Assembly: GCA_016185625.1 (NCBI GenBank)
Contig: JACPND010000033.1
Location: forward strand, 1,496-65,495
DNA from: Candidatus Woesearchaeota archaeon
Lineage (GTDB): Archaea; Nanobdellota; Nanobdellia; Woesearchaeales; GW2011-AR9
Direction of reading: 5' to 3'
DNA length: 64,000 nucleotides
This document shows, piece after piece, positions 47,245 to 55,462 of the stretch (the first letter of the stretch is position 1; each line of letters begins with the position of its first letter). The notes beneath the pieces are model-generated. The model did not search any database. It had not been told where the DNA came from and was given only the letters and a program-made list of their open reading frames with translations. Made by a program: the position numbers and the translations under genes.

Positions 47245-47346
47245 GTCTTTGCCAAATCCTCTGTGCAGATGCAGATACAGCAGTCGCAGCATGGACAGAC
47301 GCCGCCTTTGCAGCATTGTTCTTTTTTTTCATCTTTTCCATTTTGC
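47245..47346 (-). CDS. possible small peptide (33 aa) downstream of ccdA
   Basis: GGAGGT 7 nt upstream of ATG; MEKMKKKNNAAKAASVHAATAVSASAQRIWQRL; lies in a CTGC-repeat tract. Confidence 0.2.
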
Positions 47347-47356
47347 TTACCTCCAA

Positions 47357-48226
47357 TTATTTTAAAAAAGGGAAAAATATCTTTACAAAAATCTGGTTTC
47401 CTTCAAGGGTTAACAAGGCAATGGCTAAGCCAATAACGATCATCACCACTGCCGCAACCTTTTTGATAATGGGTGCAGCTGCTATGAGATAAGGGGTCAA
47501 GGCATTCTTAAACAACCCGGCAAGGACTGTCAATAAAAACATCAACAGTCCCATCGTGAGCGAAAAGATGAGAAAGGCAGTAATTGCACCGGCAAAGCTG
47601 GCGCTGGCAAACGCATACAGAAGCAATCCCAGCATAATGGGCCCAGTACAGCCGATTGCTGCACCGTTATATAATAAGCCATAGAAAAAAATACTTTTGG
47701 TAAATCCTTTTTCTGCCATCAGGCGATAAATCCATGAAATATTAATGCTCTTCCCCAACAAAGTAAAAACTCCTAAGCTTGCTATTAGTATCCCGGCAAC
47801 AATACGAACACCAAGGATAATGGCAATATCTTGTCGCGGATCTTTGGCAAAGGGAGTAGCAGCTCCCAGCGCCGCAATCGTTACCCCGACGATCATGTTT
47901 ACTACAACGATACCTGTTGCGCCAACCAGTCCCAGATATGCTGATTGCCGGAAGGTTTGTGCTTTGGTCAGTTTTCTTACTCTCCCTCCTGTCAAAAAGT
48001 GCGCAACATATCCCGGCAGCACCGTAAATGCGCACGGACTAAAGAAAGCCGCGAGACCAAAAATAATGCTTAATATTATGAGAGGAAATGCCCCCAGACG
48101 TTCGGGCATCATAACGTTATAGATTGCTCCTAAAAATCCAAAATAGTAACCTAAAAATCCAATGAGCACTACCGCAACCAAGACGTATAAAGAATAAATT
48201 AATAATTTTTTATTTTCTGATCCCAT
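47357..48226 (-). CDS. ccdA: CcdA/DsbD-family thiol-disulfide transporter (cytochrome c biogenesis-type)
   Basis: Multi-pass TM with SPCAFTVLPGY motif. Confidence 0.75.
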   Translation of the reverse strand: MGSENKKLLIYSLYVLVAVVLIGFLGYYFGFLGAIYNVMMPERLGAFPLIILSIIFGLAAFFSPCAFTVLPGYVAHFLTGGRVRKLTKAQTFRQSAYLGLVGATGIVVVNMIVGVTIAALGAATPFAKDPRQDIAIILGVRIVAGILIASLGVFTLLGKSINISWIYRLMAEKGFTKSIFFYGLLYNGAAIGCTGPIMLGLLLYAFASASFAGAITAFLIFSLTMGLLMFLLTVLAGLFKNALTPYLIAAAPIIKKVAAVVMIVIGLAIALLTLEGNQIFVKIFFPFLK

Positions 48227-48659
48227 CTTTCTTCCCTCTTAAATTTAATACCATACCTAATAGTAATCCTAGGAGTGAGATATAATAGACTGGGTTTGAC
48301 ATCATCACAAATATGCCGATATAGATCAGAATTGAGCTAACAATAATCAAGATTAGAGGAAATTTCTGTTGGTGGAATCTGTAGGAAAAATAGGTGCTTA
48401 TGATGCCAACGAGCAATAACACTATTAAAATGGATTCTAAGATTTTTAAGTCAATTCTGGTTAAAAATCCTAAACCGATGAAATTAAGCAATTTTAATGA
48501 AAAATTAACACCATTTGCAGACATTGCTCCCATAGCAACTGCCCCAGTAGCCGCTATTGTCGTGGTCATTATTGCCATACAGCCCAACGACGCGATGGCG
48601 CTGCCGGTGCTGCAACAGGCACAGGCTATTTTTGTCGATAATAATCTATTTTTTGGCAT
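48210..48659 (-). CDS. small membrane protein with CACC motif (MerT-like?)
   Basis: KIACACCSTGSAIASLGCMAIM then 3 TM helices; overlaps ccdA start by 17 bp (operonic). Confidence 0.4.
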   Translation of the reverse strand: MPKNRLLSTKIACACCSTGSAIASLGCMAIMTTTIAATGAVAMGAMSANGVNFSLKLLNFIGLGFLTRIDLKILESILIVLLLVGIISTYFSYRFHQQKFPLILIIVSSILIYIGIFVMMSNPVYYISLLGLLLGMVLNLRGKKDGIRK

Positions 48660-48871
48660 TTTTGCTTTGCACCGAACAATAATAATCTCTTCCAGCAAGG
48701 ACGTCAGCTTTATATATTATACCTACTTTCTATTGTATAGTATAAGAACTATTTAAATCCAGAGGTTTGAAAATGGAAAGTAACAATACTTACAAAATAG
48801 AAAGTAAAGCCCTAAAAAATCAAAGATCTTTGGGGCACAGAAAATTAGAAGAATTTTCTCGTGACTGCAAG

Positions 48872-49195
48872 ATGCGTTCAGCTACAGGATATTGTCCTCG
48901 CCCTCTTGAAACCGCTTCTGCATTTTTGAGCAAAAAATGGACAATTTCAATGGTAATAACCATCGGCAATTTTAAGAAATTGAGATTCAATGATATTGAA
49001 CGAAGACTTGAGGACATAACTGCAAAAACACTTACGGACAGATTAAAAGAGTTAGAAAAAGAGCAAATTGTTATGAGAAAGGTCTATTCAGAAATTCCTC
49101 CAAGAGTGGAGTATTCTTTAACTAAAAGAGGAAGAAGATTAATGAAAGCACTAATCCCGCTTATTCACTGGGCTGAAAATGCATCATCTCGATAA
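48872..49195 (+). CDS. HxlR-family transcriptional regulator
   Basis: CPRPLETASAFLSKKWTISMV...RFNDIERRL..ITAKTLTDRLKELEKEQIVMRKVYSEIPPRVEYSLTKRG; divergent from the ccdA operon. Confidence 0.75.
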   Translation: MRSATGYCPRPLETASAFLSKKWTISMVITIGNFKKLRFNDIERRLEDITAKTLTDRLKELEKEQIVMRKVYSEIPPRVEYSLTKRGRRLMKALIPLIHWAENASSR

Positions 49196-49227
49196 TTTAC
49201 TTTCACATCATCTTTTTATCTCATTCT

Positions 49228-49478
49228 TTGCTTAAAAATTCAACTAATCAACGCAAAGATTCGTACACCCCACGAATCTACAGACCTAGCCGCAGCGTAG
49301 TCCGGAGAGGTTCAATCAAAATCCTCTATAGAAGAAAATCGGATTTGTTCCCACACTATGGCTCTGCTTCAGCTACACACGAAACGAAGAAACTACTTTG
49401 TTTGTGCAACAATGTGGCAACGACCACATTTTGTGTCTTGGCGCTACTATCACTCACAAAACGGATAGTGCCGTTTTG
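49228..49478. mobile_element. MITE family B, long variant (inverted relative to the 18293 copy)
   Basis: Ends ATCACTCACAAAACGGATAGTGCC; ~96% identical over ~110 bp to the reverse complement of 18293-18410. Confidence 0.6.
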
Positions 49479-49516
49479 AGCAAAACTTTATAAACAAACC
49501 CCCATCCAGAAAGAAA

Positions 49517-49936
49517 ATGATACCGCAAGTCAACACTCAGGAACTGATTACCCGCGCCAGCGGAGAATTGAAGAAGCAAAAGCTGGTGCAGCCCCCTGAA
49601 TGGGCTAGATTCGTGAAAACCGGCCGCGAAAAATCCCGCATGCCCGACAACCCTGATTGGTGGTATATGCGTTCAGCAGCCGTTCTCAGAAGCGTCGCCA
49701 AGCTCGGCCCTGTGGGAACGGAAAAATTGCGCCGCAAATTCGGCGGAAGGAAAGACCGCGGACATCAGCCAGATCGTTTTTTCAAAGCCGGCGGCTCCAT
49801 TATCCGGGAAATCTTACAGCAGCTGGAAAAATCAGGATTAGTTGCTCAGGCCGCCAAAGGCGTTCACAAAGGAAGAGTATTGACACCGAAAGGAACATCA
49901 TTCTTAGCAAAAATGAACAAACATGGCACGATATAA
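49517..49936 (+). CDS. rps19e: ribosomal protein S19e
   Basis: PPEWARFVKTGREKSRMPDNPDWWYMRSAAVLRSV typical eS19. Confidence 0.9.
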   Translation: MIPQVNTQELITRASGELKKQKLVQPPEWARFVKTGREKSRMPDNPDWWYMRSAAVLRSVAKLGPVGTEKLRRKFGGRKDRGHQPDRFFKAGGSIIREILQQLEKSGLVAQAAKGVHKGRVLTPKGTSFLAKMNKHGTI

Positions 49937-50096
49937 AGACCCCGCTCGCAAAAAGCGGTTAATCAAAGCAGGTACACAGACTAAATGGGCGCCGTTCTGG
50001 ACGGTGTTCAAGATTTATGGCAAAGGGAAGAAAGTCCATCCCTCCCGCCACACCGCAATCAAGCGCAGCTGGCGCAGGACCAAATTAAAAGCATAA
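49923..50096 (+). CDS. rpl39e: ribosomal protein L39e (57 aa, below ORF-track cutoff)
   Basis: MARYKDPARKKRLIKAGTQTKWAPFWTVFKIYGKGKKVHPSRHTAIKRSWRRTKLKA; overlaps rps19e stop. Confidence 0.8.
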   Translation: MARYKDPARKKRLIKAGTQTKWAPFWTVFKIYGKGKKVHPSRHTAIKRSWRRTKLKA

Positions 50097-50115
50097 TTGA
50101 ATTTAAAGCAACAAT

Positions 50116-50523
50116 ATGGCCAAAAAAGAAACCACCATTATAGAACGAACGTACACCGTCCCTTTACGCAGGGAATTTCTCAAAGCACCGCAATATCGCA
50201 GGGCAAAAAAAGCCGTGACCGCACTGAAGCAATTTCTGGAAAAGCACATGAAATCAAAAAATGTAAAGTTGGGCAACGAGGTAAATCTGGAACTGTGGAA
50301 ACACGGCATCAAGAATCCTCCGCATCATGTAAAAGTTACTGCCACCAAGAACGAAAAAGGAGAAGTGACTGTTGAATTGTTCGGCCTGAAAAAAGAAGCT
50401 CTTCAAAAAGAAACGAAAAAAGAACGCCAGAAAGAGAAAAAGACAGAAAAAGCAGAAGAGGCCAAAAAAGAAGAAAAGACTGATAAAAAAGCAGAAAAAA
50501 CAGAACTTAAACCTTCTGAATGA
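50116..50523 (+). CDS. rpl31e: ribosomal protein L31e with K/E-rich tail
   Basis: ERTYTVPLRREFLKAPQYRRAKKAVTALKQF core; tail KETKKERQKEKKTEKAEEAKKEEKTDKKAEK. Confidence 0.85.
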   Translation: MAKKETTIIERTYTVPLRREFLKAPQYRRAKKAVTALKQFLEKHMKSKNVKLGNEVNLELWKHGIKNPPHHVKVTATKNEKGEVTVELFGLKKEALQKETKKERQKEKKTEKAEEAKKEEKTDKKAEKTELKPSE

Positions 50524-51464
50524 TCTTTATCAAAAAAGACGCCATTGGCGAAGTGGGGAAGAAGCCGGAAGAGCGTACGACTATAGAATTATTAAAGTAT
50601 GCCCTTATTAACCTCGACAAGCCGAAAGGGCCGACCTCGCATCAGGCTTCTGATTACGTCAAGAAAATTCTTCACGTTGATAAAGCCGGACATTCCGGTA
50701 CGCTTGATCCTCAAGTTACGGGTGTGCAGCCTGTCGCCATAGGAAAAGCGACCAGGATCACCCAGTTTTTGCTCACCGCGCCCAAAGAATACGTCGGCGT
50801 GATGCATCTGCACCAGGAAGTGGAGGAGAAGTTATTACACAACACCATTCAACAATTCATCGGCAAGATCCAGCAGCTCCCTCCAGTTAAAAGTGCCGTC
50901 AAACGACAGCTTCGTACACGTGAGATTTATGAATTTGAGATTCTCGAAATGAAAGAAAAGGAGGTTCTCTTTCGGGTGAAATGCCAGGCAGGAACATACA
51001 TCCGTAAGTATTGCCATGACCTGGGCCAAGCTTTAGGTGTAGGCGCCCACATGGCCGAATTAAGAAGAACACAAGCCGGGCCGTTCACTGAAAAAGACAA
51101 TTTGGTCACACTCAACGACCTGCAGGACGCATTGTATTTTCATAAAGAAGAAGGGAATGATAAATTTCTGCGATATTGCCTTCAACCAATAGAAAACGCT
51201 GTAAAACATCTTTCCAAATGCTGGATTTTTGATACCACCATTTCCAGCGTCACGCACGGCCGGGATGTTGCCGTTCCCGGAATCAGCGCATTAGATAATT
51301 TTCGGAAGGGAGAACTGGTGGCAGTCCTAACATTAAAAGGGGAATTAGTCGCCATCGGCGAAGCCTTGATGTCGGCGGTGGAGATTAACACGCAGGAGAA
51401 AGGATTGGCGATAAAAGTGGAAAAGGTATTTATGGAAGCAGTTACCGTAAACCCGCTGCAGTAA
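50520..51464 (+). CDS. cbf5: tRNA/rRNA pseudouridine synthase Cbf5 (TruB family with PUA domain)
   Basis: TruB catalytic block HSGTLDPQVTGV plus C-terminal PUA. Confidence 0.9.
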   Translation: MIFIKKDAIGEVGKKPEERTTIELLKYALINLDKPKGPTSHQASDYVKKILHVDKAGHSGTLDPQVTGVQPVAIGKATRITQFLLTAPKEYVGVMHLHQEVEEKLLHNTIQQFIGKIQQLPPVKSAVKRQLRTREIYEFEILEMKEKEVLFRVKCQAGTYIRKYCHDLGQALGVGAHMAELRRTQAGPFTEKDNLVTLNDLQDALYFHKEEGNDKFLRYCLQPIENAVKHLSKCWIFDTTISSVTHGRDVAVPGISALDNFRKGELVAVLTLKGELVAIGEALMSAVEINTQEKGLAIKVEKVFMEAVTVNPLQ

Positions 51465-51479
51465 GATTTCTCAGTACCC

Positions 51480-52076
51480 TTATTTCAGTTCAATCACCAT
51501 CCCATTCCAGCCGGGATTGACGATCTTCGTGCCATTAATGAGATCCACTTTTCCCACTGTCTCATGCAGATGGCCGCAGACGACTAATTTAGGCTTGATG
51601 CGATCAATGAATTGGCGATAGTCAACATTCCCGACATACCCCCTTTCCAAGAGATCGACAGCCGTGCCATACGGCGGCATATGGCAGACAAAGACAATTT
51701 TCTCACCATTAAACTCGCTGTACCATTCACGGGCAATCTTGCGGAAGCGGGCATCCTCCTGCGCAAACCCGCCTTCACCATATCCGAGAAAACGATAGCC
51801 ATTGGCTTCAAACGACTGCCTATGGAAATTAATGCAAAGGGAAAATTCCTCTGCGGCATCCGTCAGCAGCGCATCACTTTCATGATTGCCGGGAATGCAG
51901 TAGAATTTCTTTCCGGTCTGCTGGAAGCTCTGGAGCACAAGCGACAGGCCAGCGCCCATCTTAGTAAAATCGCCGCACGTCATCACCAAATCAATATCTG
52001 GTTCAGAAGCCCTCTTTACCAGAGCTTTCAGTGTGGGTTGATGGGCATGAAGATCGGTAAAAAATAAAATTTTCAT
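51480..52076 (-). CDS. calcineurin-like metallophosphoesterase
   Basis: DLH, GDF, GNHE, GHLH metal-ligand motifs in order. Confidence 0.8.
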   Translation of the reverse strand: MKILFFTDLHAHQPTLKALVKRASEPDIDLVMTCGDFTKMGAGLSLVLQSFQQTGKKFYCIPGNHESDALLTDAAEEFSLCINFHRQSFEANGYRFLGYGEGGFAQEDARFRKIAREWYSEFNGEKIVFVCHMPPYGTAVDLLERGYVGNVDYRQFIDRIKPKLVVCGHLHETVGKVDLINGTKIVNPGWNGMVIELK

Positions 52077-52651
52077 CTCGTCAGGTGGGCCACGCGGATG
52101 GCCATTTCCCGGACAGGATACACTTTACTCAACTGCTTTCGTATGCCACCCTGGATTTTTTGGCCGACTAAATTTTGAATGAAAGACAAAAAATCACCTT
52201 TCATCAGCTCTTCAGTCAGTAACGTCCTTAACAGAGTGCGGATACTCGTGCATACCTGTCGCTGACAATGTGCTATGGTCACGACGAGCGTCTTAATCTG
52301 AACTTTTCGGCCATCGGCGACCGTAACTATAAAAGAATCATCCAGGCGGGACGTGCTTTTACGCACCATGCGCTTGATGTAAGAAGGCGTCATTTCATAG
52401 CCGATAGCCTCGGTCTGAAAATTATTTCCCTGCATCTCTTTGACCTGGAAAGAAACATAAACGTGCTGGTCTTTCATACCGCCGGTAATTTCTCTCAAGT
52501 TAACCCGGAGCGTCCGGCCTATACCAACTTGTGCATCAGGCAAGTAAAACTCGCCTATTTCCTTGGAGCCAAACGCCGCAGGAGCGAGAATCTTGTACCA
52601 GTTCTTCTTCTTTGCTTTGATTCTGCTTACTTTTTTTTCTTCTTCAGCCAT
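52073..52651 (-). CDS. rps3ae: ribosomal protein S3Ae (eS1)
   Basis: KKKNWYKILAPAAFGSKEIGEFYLPDAQ typical S3Ae N-terminus. Confidence 0.9.
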   Translation of the reverse strand: MAEEEKKVSRIKAKKKNWYKILAPAAFGSKEIGEFYLPDAQVGIGRTLRVNLREITGGMKDQHVYVSFQVKEMQGNNFQTEAIGYEMTPSYIKRMVRKSTSRLDDSFIVTVADGRKVQIKTLVVTIAHCQRQVCTSIRTLLRTLLTEELMKGDFLSFIQNLVGQKIQGGIRKQLSKVYPVREMAIRVAHLTR

Positions 52652-52875
52652 TGGAGATTGTGAGAAAGAGGCTTATTTAAAAAGGCTTCGCTTTTTTGTA
52701 ATACTTCACTATTCTGAAGTTCAGCAAAGTCGTCTTGGCCGTTAGTCAAGCCGTCTCGTTCGTGACATTCCTGACGGAACGCGACGCCGATTTCTAGATG
52801 TGTTTATGGCCAGAAAATAGCAGATTTCAGTACCCTCTGGAAAATTCGTGACCGCCTGAAAGAGGCAGGAAAAGA

Positions 52876-53209
52876 AGAAAAAATTTGGAATGCACTTTAA
52901 CATCAGTTAAATCAAAAAGGATATTTTGGTACAAAGCTTAAAGCTAAAGATGTTCTGGATAAAACAATGGTAAAAGTGGGAAGAGGCCAGGAACTTACTC
53001 TGAGAGAGATTGAAAGAAATAAAAAAATATCTCATGTTCGCGCACCAGGGGAAAGGCCATTTAGCGTGATGAAAAGAATATTTCATGGCGGCCGTACATT
53101 TGTGAAAACACTTCATCGTGTGTCTATCAAAGAAATGTTCAGATGTTTTGCATTTGATTTGTATCAGCTGGTGACACTCAGGCGCAGAGAGCTAGCGAAA
53201 GCTCTCTGA
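52876..53209 (+). pseudogene. IS5-family DDE transposase, C-terminal fragment only
   Basis: ...GYFGTKLKAKDVLDKT...ISHVRAPGERPFSVMKRIFHGGRTFVKTLHRVSIKEMFRCFAFDLYQLV matches IS5 C-terminal consensus (VEHxFGxxKRxFGxxKxRYRGL....LxxNLxRL); upstream frames broken by stops. Confidence 0.6.
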
Positions 53210-53449
53210 GAACATTGAAAAAAGAGAAAATGAAGAAAAAGATGAAGAGTAGAGAAGAAAAAGAGAGAATTCTACACTGAATTTAAAGAAAAATCAATTT
53301 TATCTCGAAAAAGAGGGGTTATTCAAAGCATTTTATATGACTGGAGTGCCTATGCCTTGCACGGCAATAGGTATAACTTCACAGAAACTATGCCGGATCA
53401 GATTGAACACGGATGATGAGGATCAGAAATATAAAATAAAAAAATAGGC

Positions 53450-53692
53450 TTATCGCCTCTTCTTTCGTCCTCGAGCCATCTTCGCCCGGCAGACATTTCC
53501 TTTACCGTCAATGAAATAGAGGTATCCTTTTACCTTTTTCACACCGACTTTGGCCACGAGTTCTTTCTTGACTTTTCCTTTCGTTCGGCCGGCTCTGCTC
53601 ATCGCAGCGCGGGAGACATTCCCCTGCTTATCGACGAAATACAAATACCCTTTTGCTTTCTTGACTCCTGATTTTGCTACAACTTCAGCCAT
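53450..53692 (-). CDS. small basic protein made of two tandem ~38-aa repeats (hypothetical nucleic-acid binder)
   Basis: VAKSGVKKAKGYLYFVDKQGNVSRAAMSRAGRTKG / VAKVGVKKVKGYLYFIDGKGNVCRAKMARGRKKRR. Confidence 0.4.
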   Translation of the reverse strand: MAEVVAKSGVKKAKGYLYFVDKQGNVSRAAMSRAGRTKGKVKKELVAKVGVKKVKGYLYFIDGKGNVCRAKMARGRKKRR

Positions 53693-54387
53693 GTAAATCC
53701 CTCCTTTTTTCGGTCATTCTACCGTTTTTATAGACGGAAAGAAAGGCTGATAGTATATAAAGGTTTCTGTTTTGACGACGATTACGACGTATTACTCTCG
53801 CTTGACAACTCCCTTTCACGGAGAGGGCACGCTTTGATGGCCTGTGCGCAAGATGCCAGGATCCGGCAACTTTTAAACCAAAGAGTTTTAAACTAAAAAG
53901 TTTATAATTTGTGCCATTTTGCTGTAAAGCTTTTAAAGTGTACACTATTCGACTTACCAAAGAGGTTCTTAGAGAATATTATGACTAATGCTATAGTAAA
54001 ACAAAGTACTGGTAGTCTTGAACGGGTAGTTGCACTTACCAAAGTTCCCAAGATGTGTACTGACAGAGTGTTAATGTATAGAGGGAATATTCCGCGTCTG
54101 GCAAAGAGAAGACTAAGGGGAGAGCTACATGATGACTCAGATGATGAATATTATAGACGAGGCTCAGACCACTTTCTGGTCTCCAATTGATTTTCCGTCA
54201 AGAGCAGCATTTAAAATTTTAACATCTTCTAAACCGCCAAGGACGACCATAGGACTTGACCAAGTCGTGCGAGCCGGAGGGTATACATTTGCAAAAAAAA
54301 CAGTATCAACCAGCTCTGCAAAAAGCAGCAGAAGTGATTAAGAAAGATCCAGACACGATGACGTTGATGAGATTGATGTGAAAGAAT

Positions 54388-55155
54388 TTATGAAGAAACA
54401 CCCAACCCATTCAACACACTCTCCGTCCCTAAAATTTCTTCAGCATCAAGAGCATCATTTAGATTAATCACGCCTTTCACAAACTTCTCCTGGTCGTCCA
54501 ATCCCACACGGGGACAGGCCGTATTCACCCAGATTTCTATGAACGGAAAATTCTCCAGCTGATCAAAAGAGACGACATTGTCAATAAAATAATAAAATTT
54601 CTTGTTAGGATATTTCTTTTCCAGCAGCAGCGCCGGACGGAACTGCTCCTGGCCTGGCTTAATCGTCACCATCACGCCGACAGTCTGAGCGCTCAGGAAC
54701 TTCATCAAGGCCCCTCTGTACTTTCGTAGAATCACTTTTACATCGGCAATGCCCAGCACCGTCATCTTCTTCTGGATCGGATCATTGCAGACGATTTCTT
54801 TCACCTCATTCCTCTCCTTCTGCCGATAGACTAACGCCAGCGGATGGAACTTCCCATCACCAATATAAAGATAACAATCAAGCTCTGCCAACTCTTTTTC
54901 GGACAGATTCAGCGACTGATGATAATTGTCGCAGCCCAATAACTGCCCTCGCAGATGCGTTCTGTCAGCTTTGGACGTGATTATAGTAATCCCTGCCCCT
55001 TCCAATTGTTTTTTAATCTCATCTAATGCATTCACAAACTGCACTGATGCATATAATCCGACAACAGAATATTTTTTCTTCTTCAGATAGCGCAGCGTCT
55101 CTTCTGCTAATTTCACTTCTCCAGAATACGGCGCATCAAGAAAGAGGACGTCCAT
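54388..55155 (-). CDS. dph2: diphthamide synthesis Dph2 (2-(3-amino-3-carboxypropyl)histidine synthase), domains 2-3
   Basis: GQLLGCDNY and VNTACPRVG Cys blocks, YLYIGDGKFHPLAL motif. Confidence 0.75.
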   Translation of the reverse strand: MDVLFLDAPYSGEVKLAEETLRYLKKKKYSVVGLYASVQFVNALDEIKKQLEGAGITIITSKADRTHLRGQLLGCDNYHQSLNLSEKELAELDCYLYIGDGKFHPLALVYRQKERNEVKEIVCNDPIQKKMTVLGIADVKVILRKYRGALMKFLSAQTVGVMVTIKPGQEQFRPALLLEKKYPNKKFYYFIDNVVSFDQLENFPFIEIWVNTACPRVGLDDQEKFVKGVINLNDALDAEEILGTESVLNGLGVSS

Positions 55156-55425
55156 TTACCATCCCTCTTTCTTATGAAACGGATTATGCCCCCAGGAAAT
55201 CAGCAGATCCACACCCATCCGATTCAGTCCCTGCGGAATATCACAGGCGCCGAAATTGCTTCCCAGCCAGATCAAGACCCGTGCGCCGGTTTCCGTGCGG
55301 ATTCGTTCTTCTATCTCCGCAGCCATTGGCTTCATTCCGTCCGGCAGTTGGATGCACACAGTTTTAGCCTGGCTAGACCTAATGCGGGCAATTGCTTTCT
55401 CCAGTTCTGGTTTATAAAGTGCCAT
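55156..55425 (-). CDS. dph2: Dph2 N-terminal domain as a separate cistron
   Basis: KTVCIQLPDGMKPMA...GSNFGACDIP...GVDLLISWGHN = Dph2 domain 1; in-frame TAA immediately followed by the ATG of the next cistron (TGGTAAATGGAC on the minus strand). Confidence 0.7.
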   Translation of the reverse strand: MALYKPELEKAIARIRSSQAKTVCIQLPDGMKPMAAEIEERIRTETGARVLIWLGSNFGACDIPQGLNRMGVDLLISWGHNPFHKKEGW

Positions 55426-55462
55426 CGGAAATTTTTTATACTCTTTCTTTATATAGTTTCCT

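Noticed and set aside
47245-47346. Metallothionein-like Cys-rich reading frame (CCKGGVCPCCDCCICIC) downstream of ccdA
   Set aside because: That frame has no ATG/GTG/TTG start after the upstream stop. The Cys richness is a by-product of a CTGC simple repeat. Kept only as a low-interest note.
53909-54341. Small ORFs in the AT-rich island 53.7-54.4 kb
   Set aside because: No start context, motifs or partner genes. The region shows simple repeats (TTTTAAACCAAAGAGTTTTAAACTAAAAAGTTTA). Treated as non-coding or degraded.
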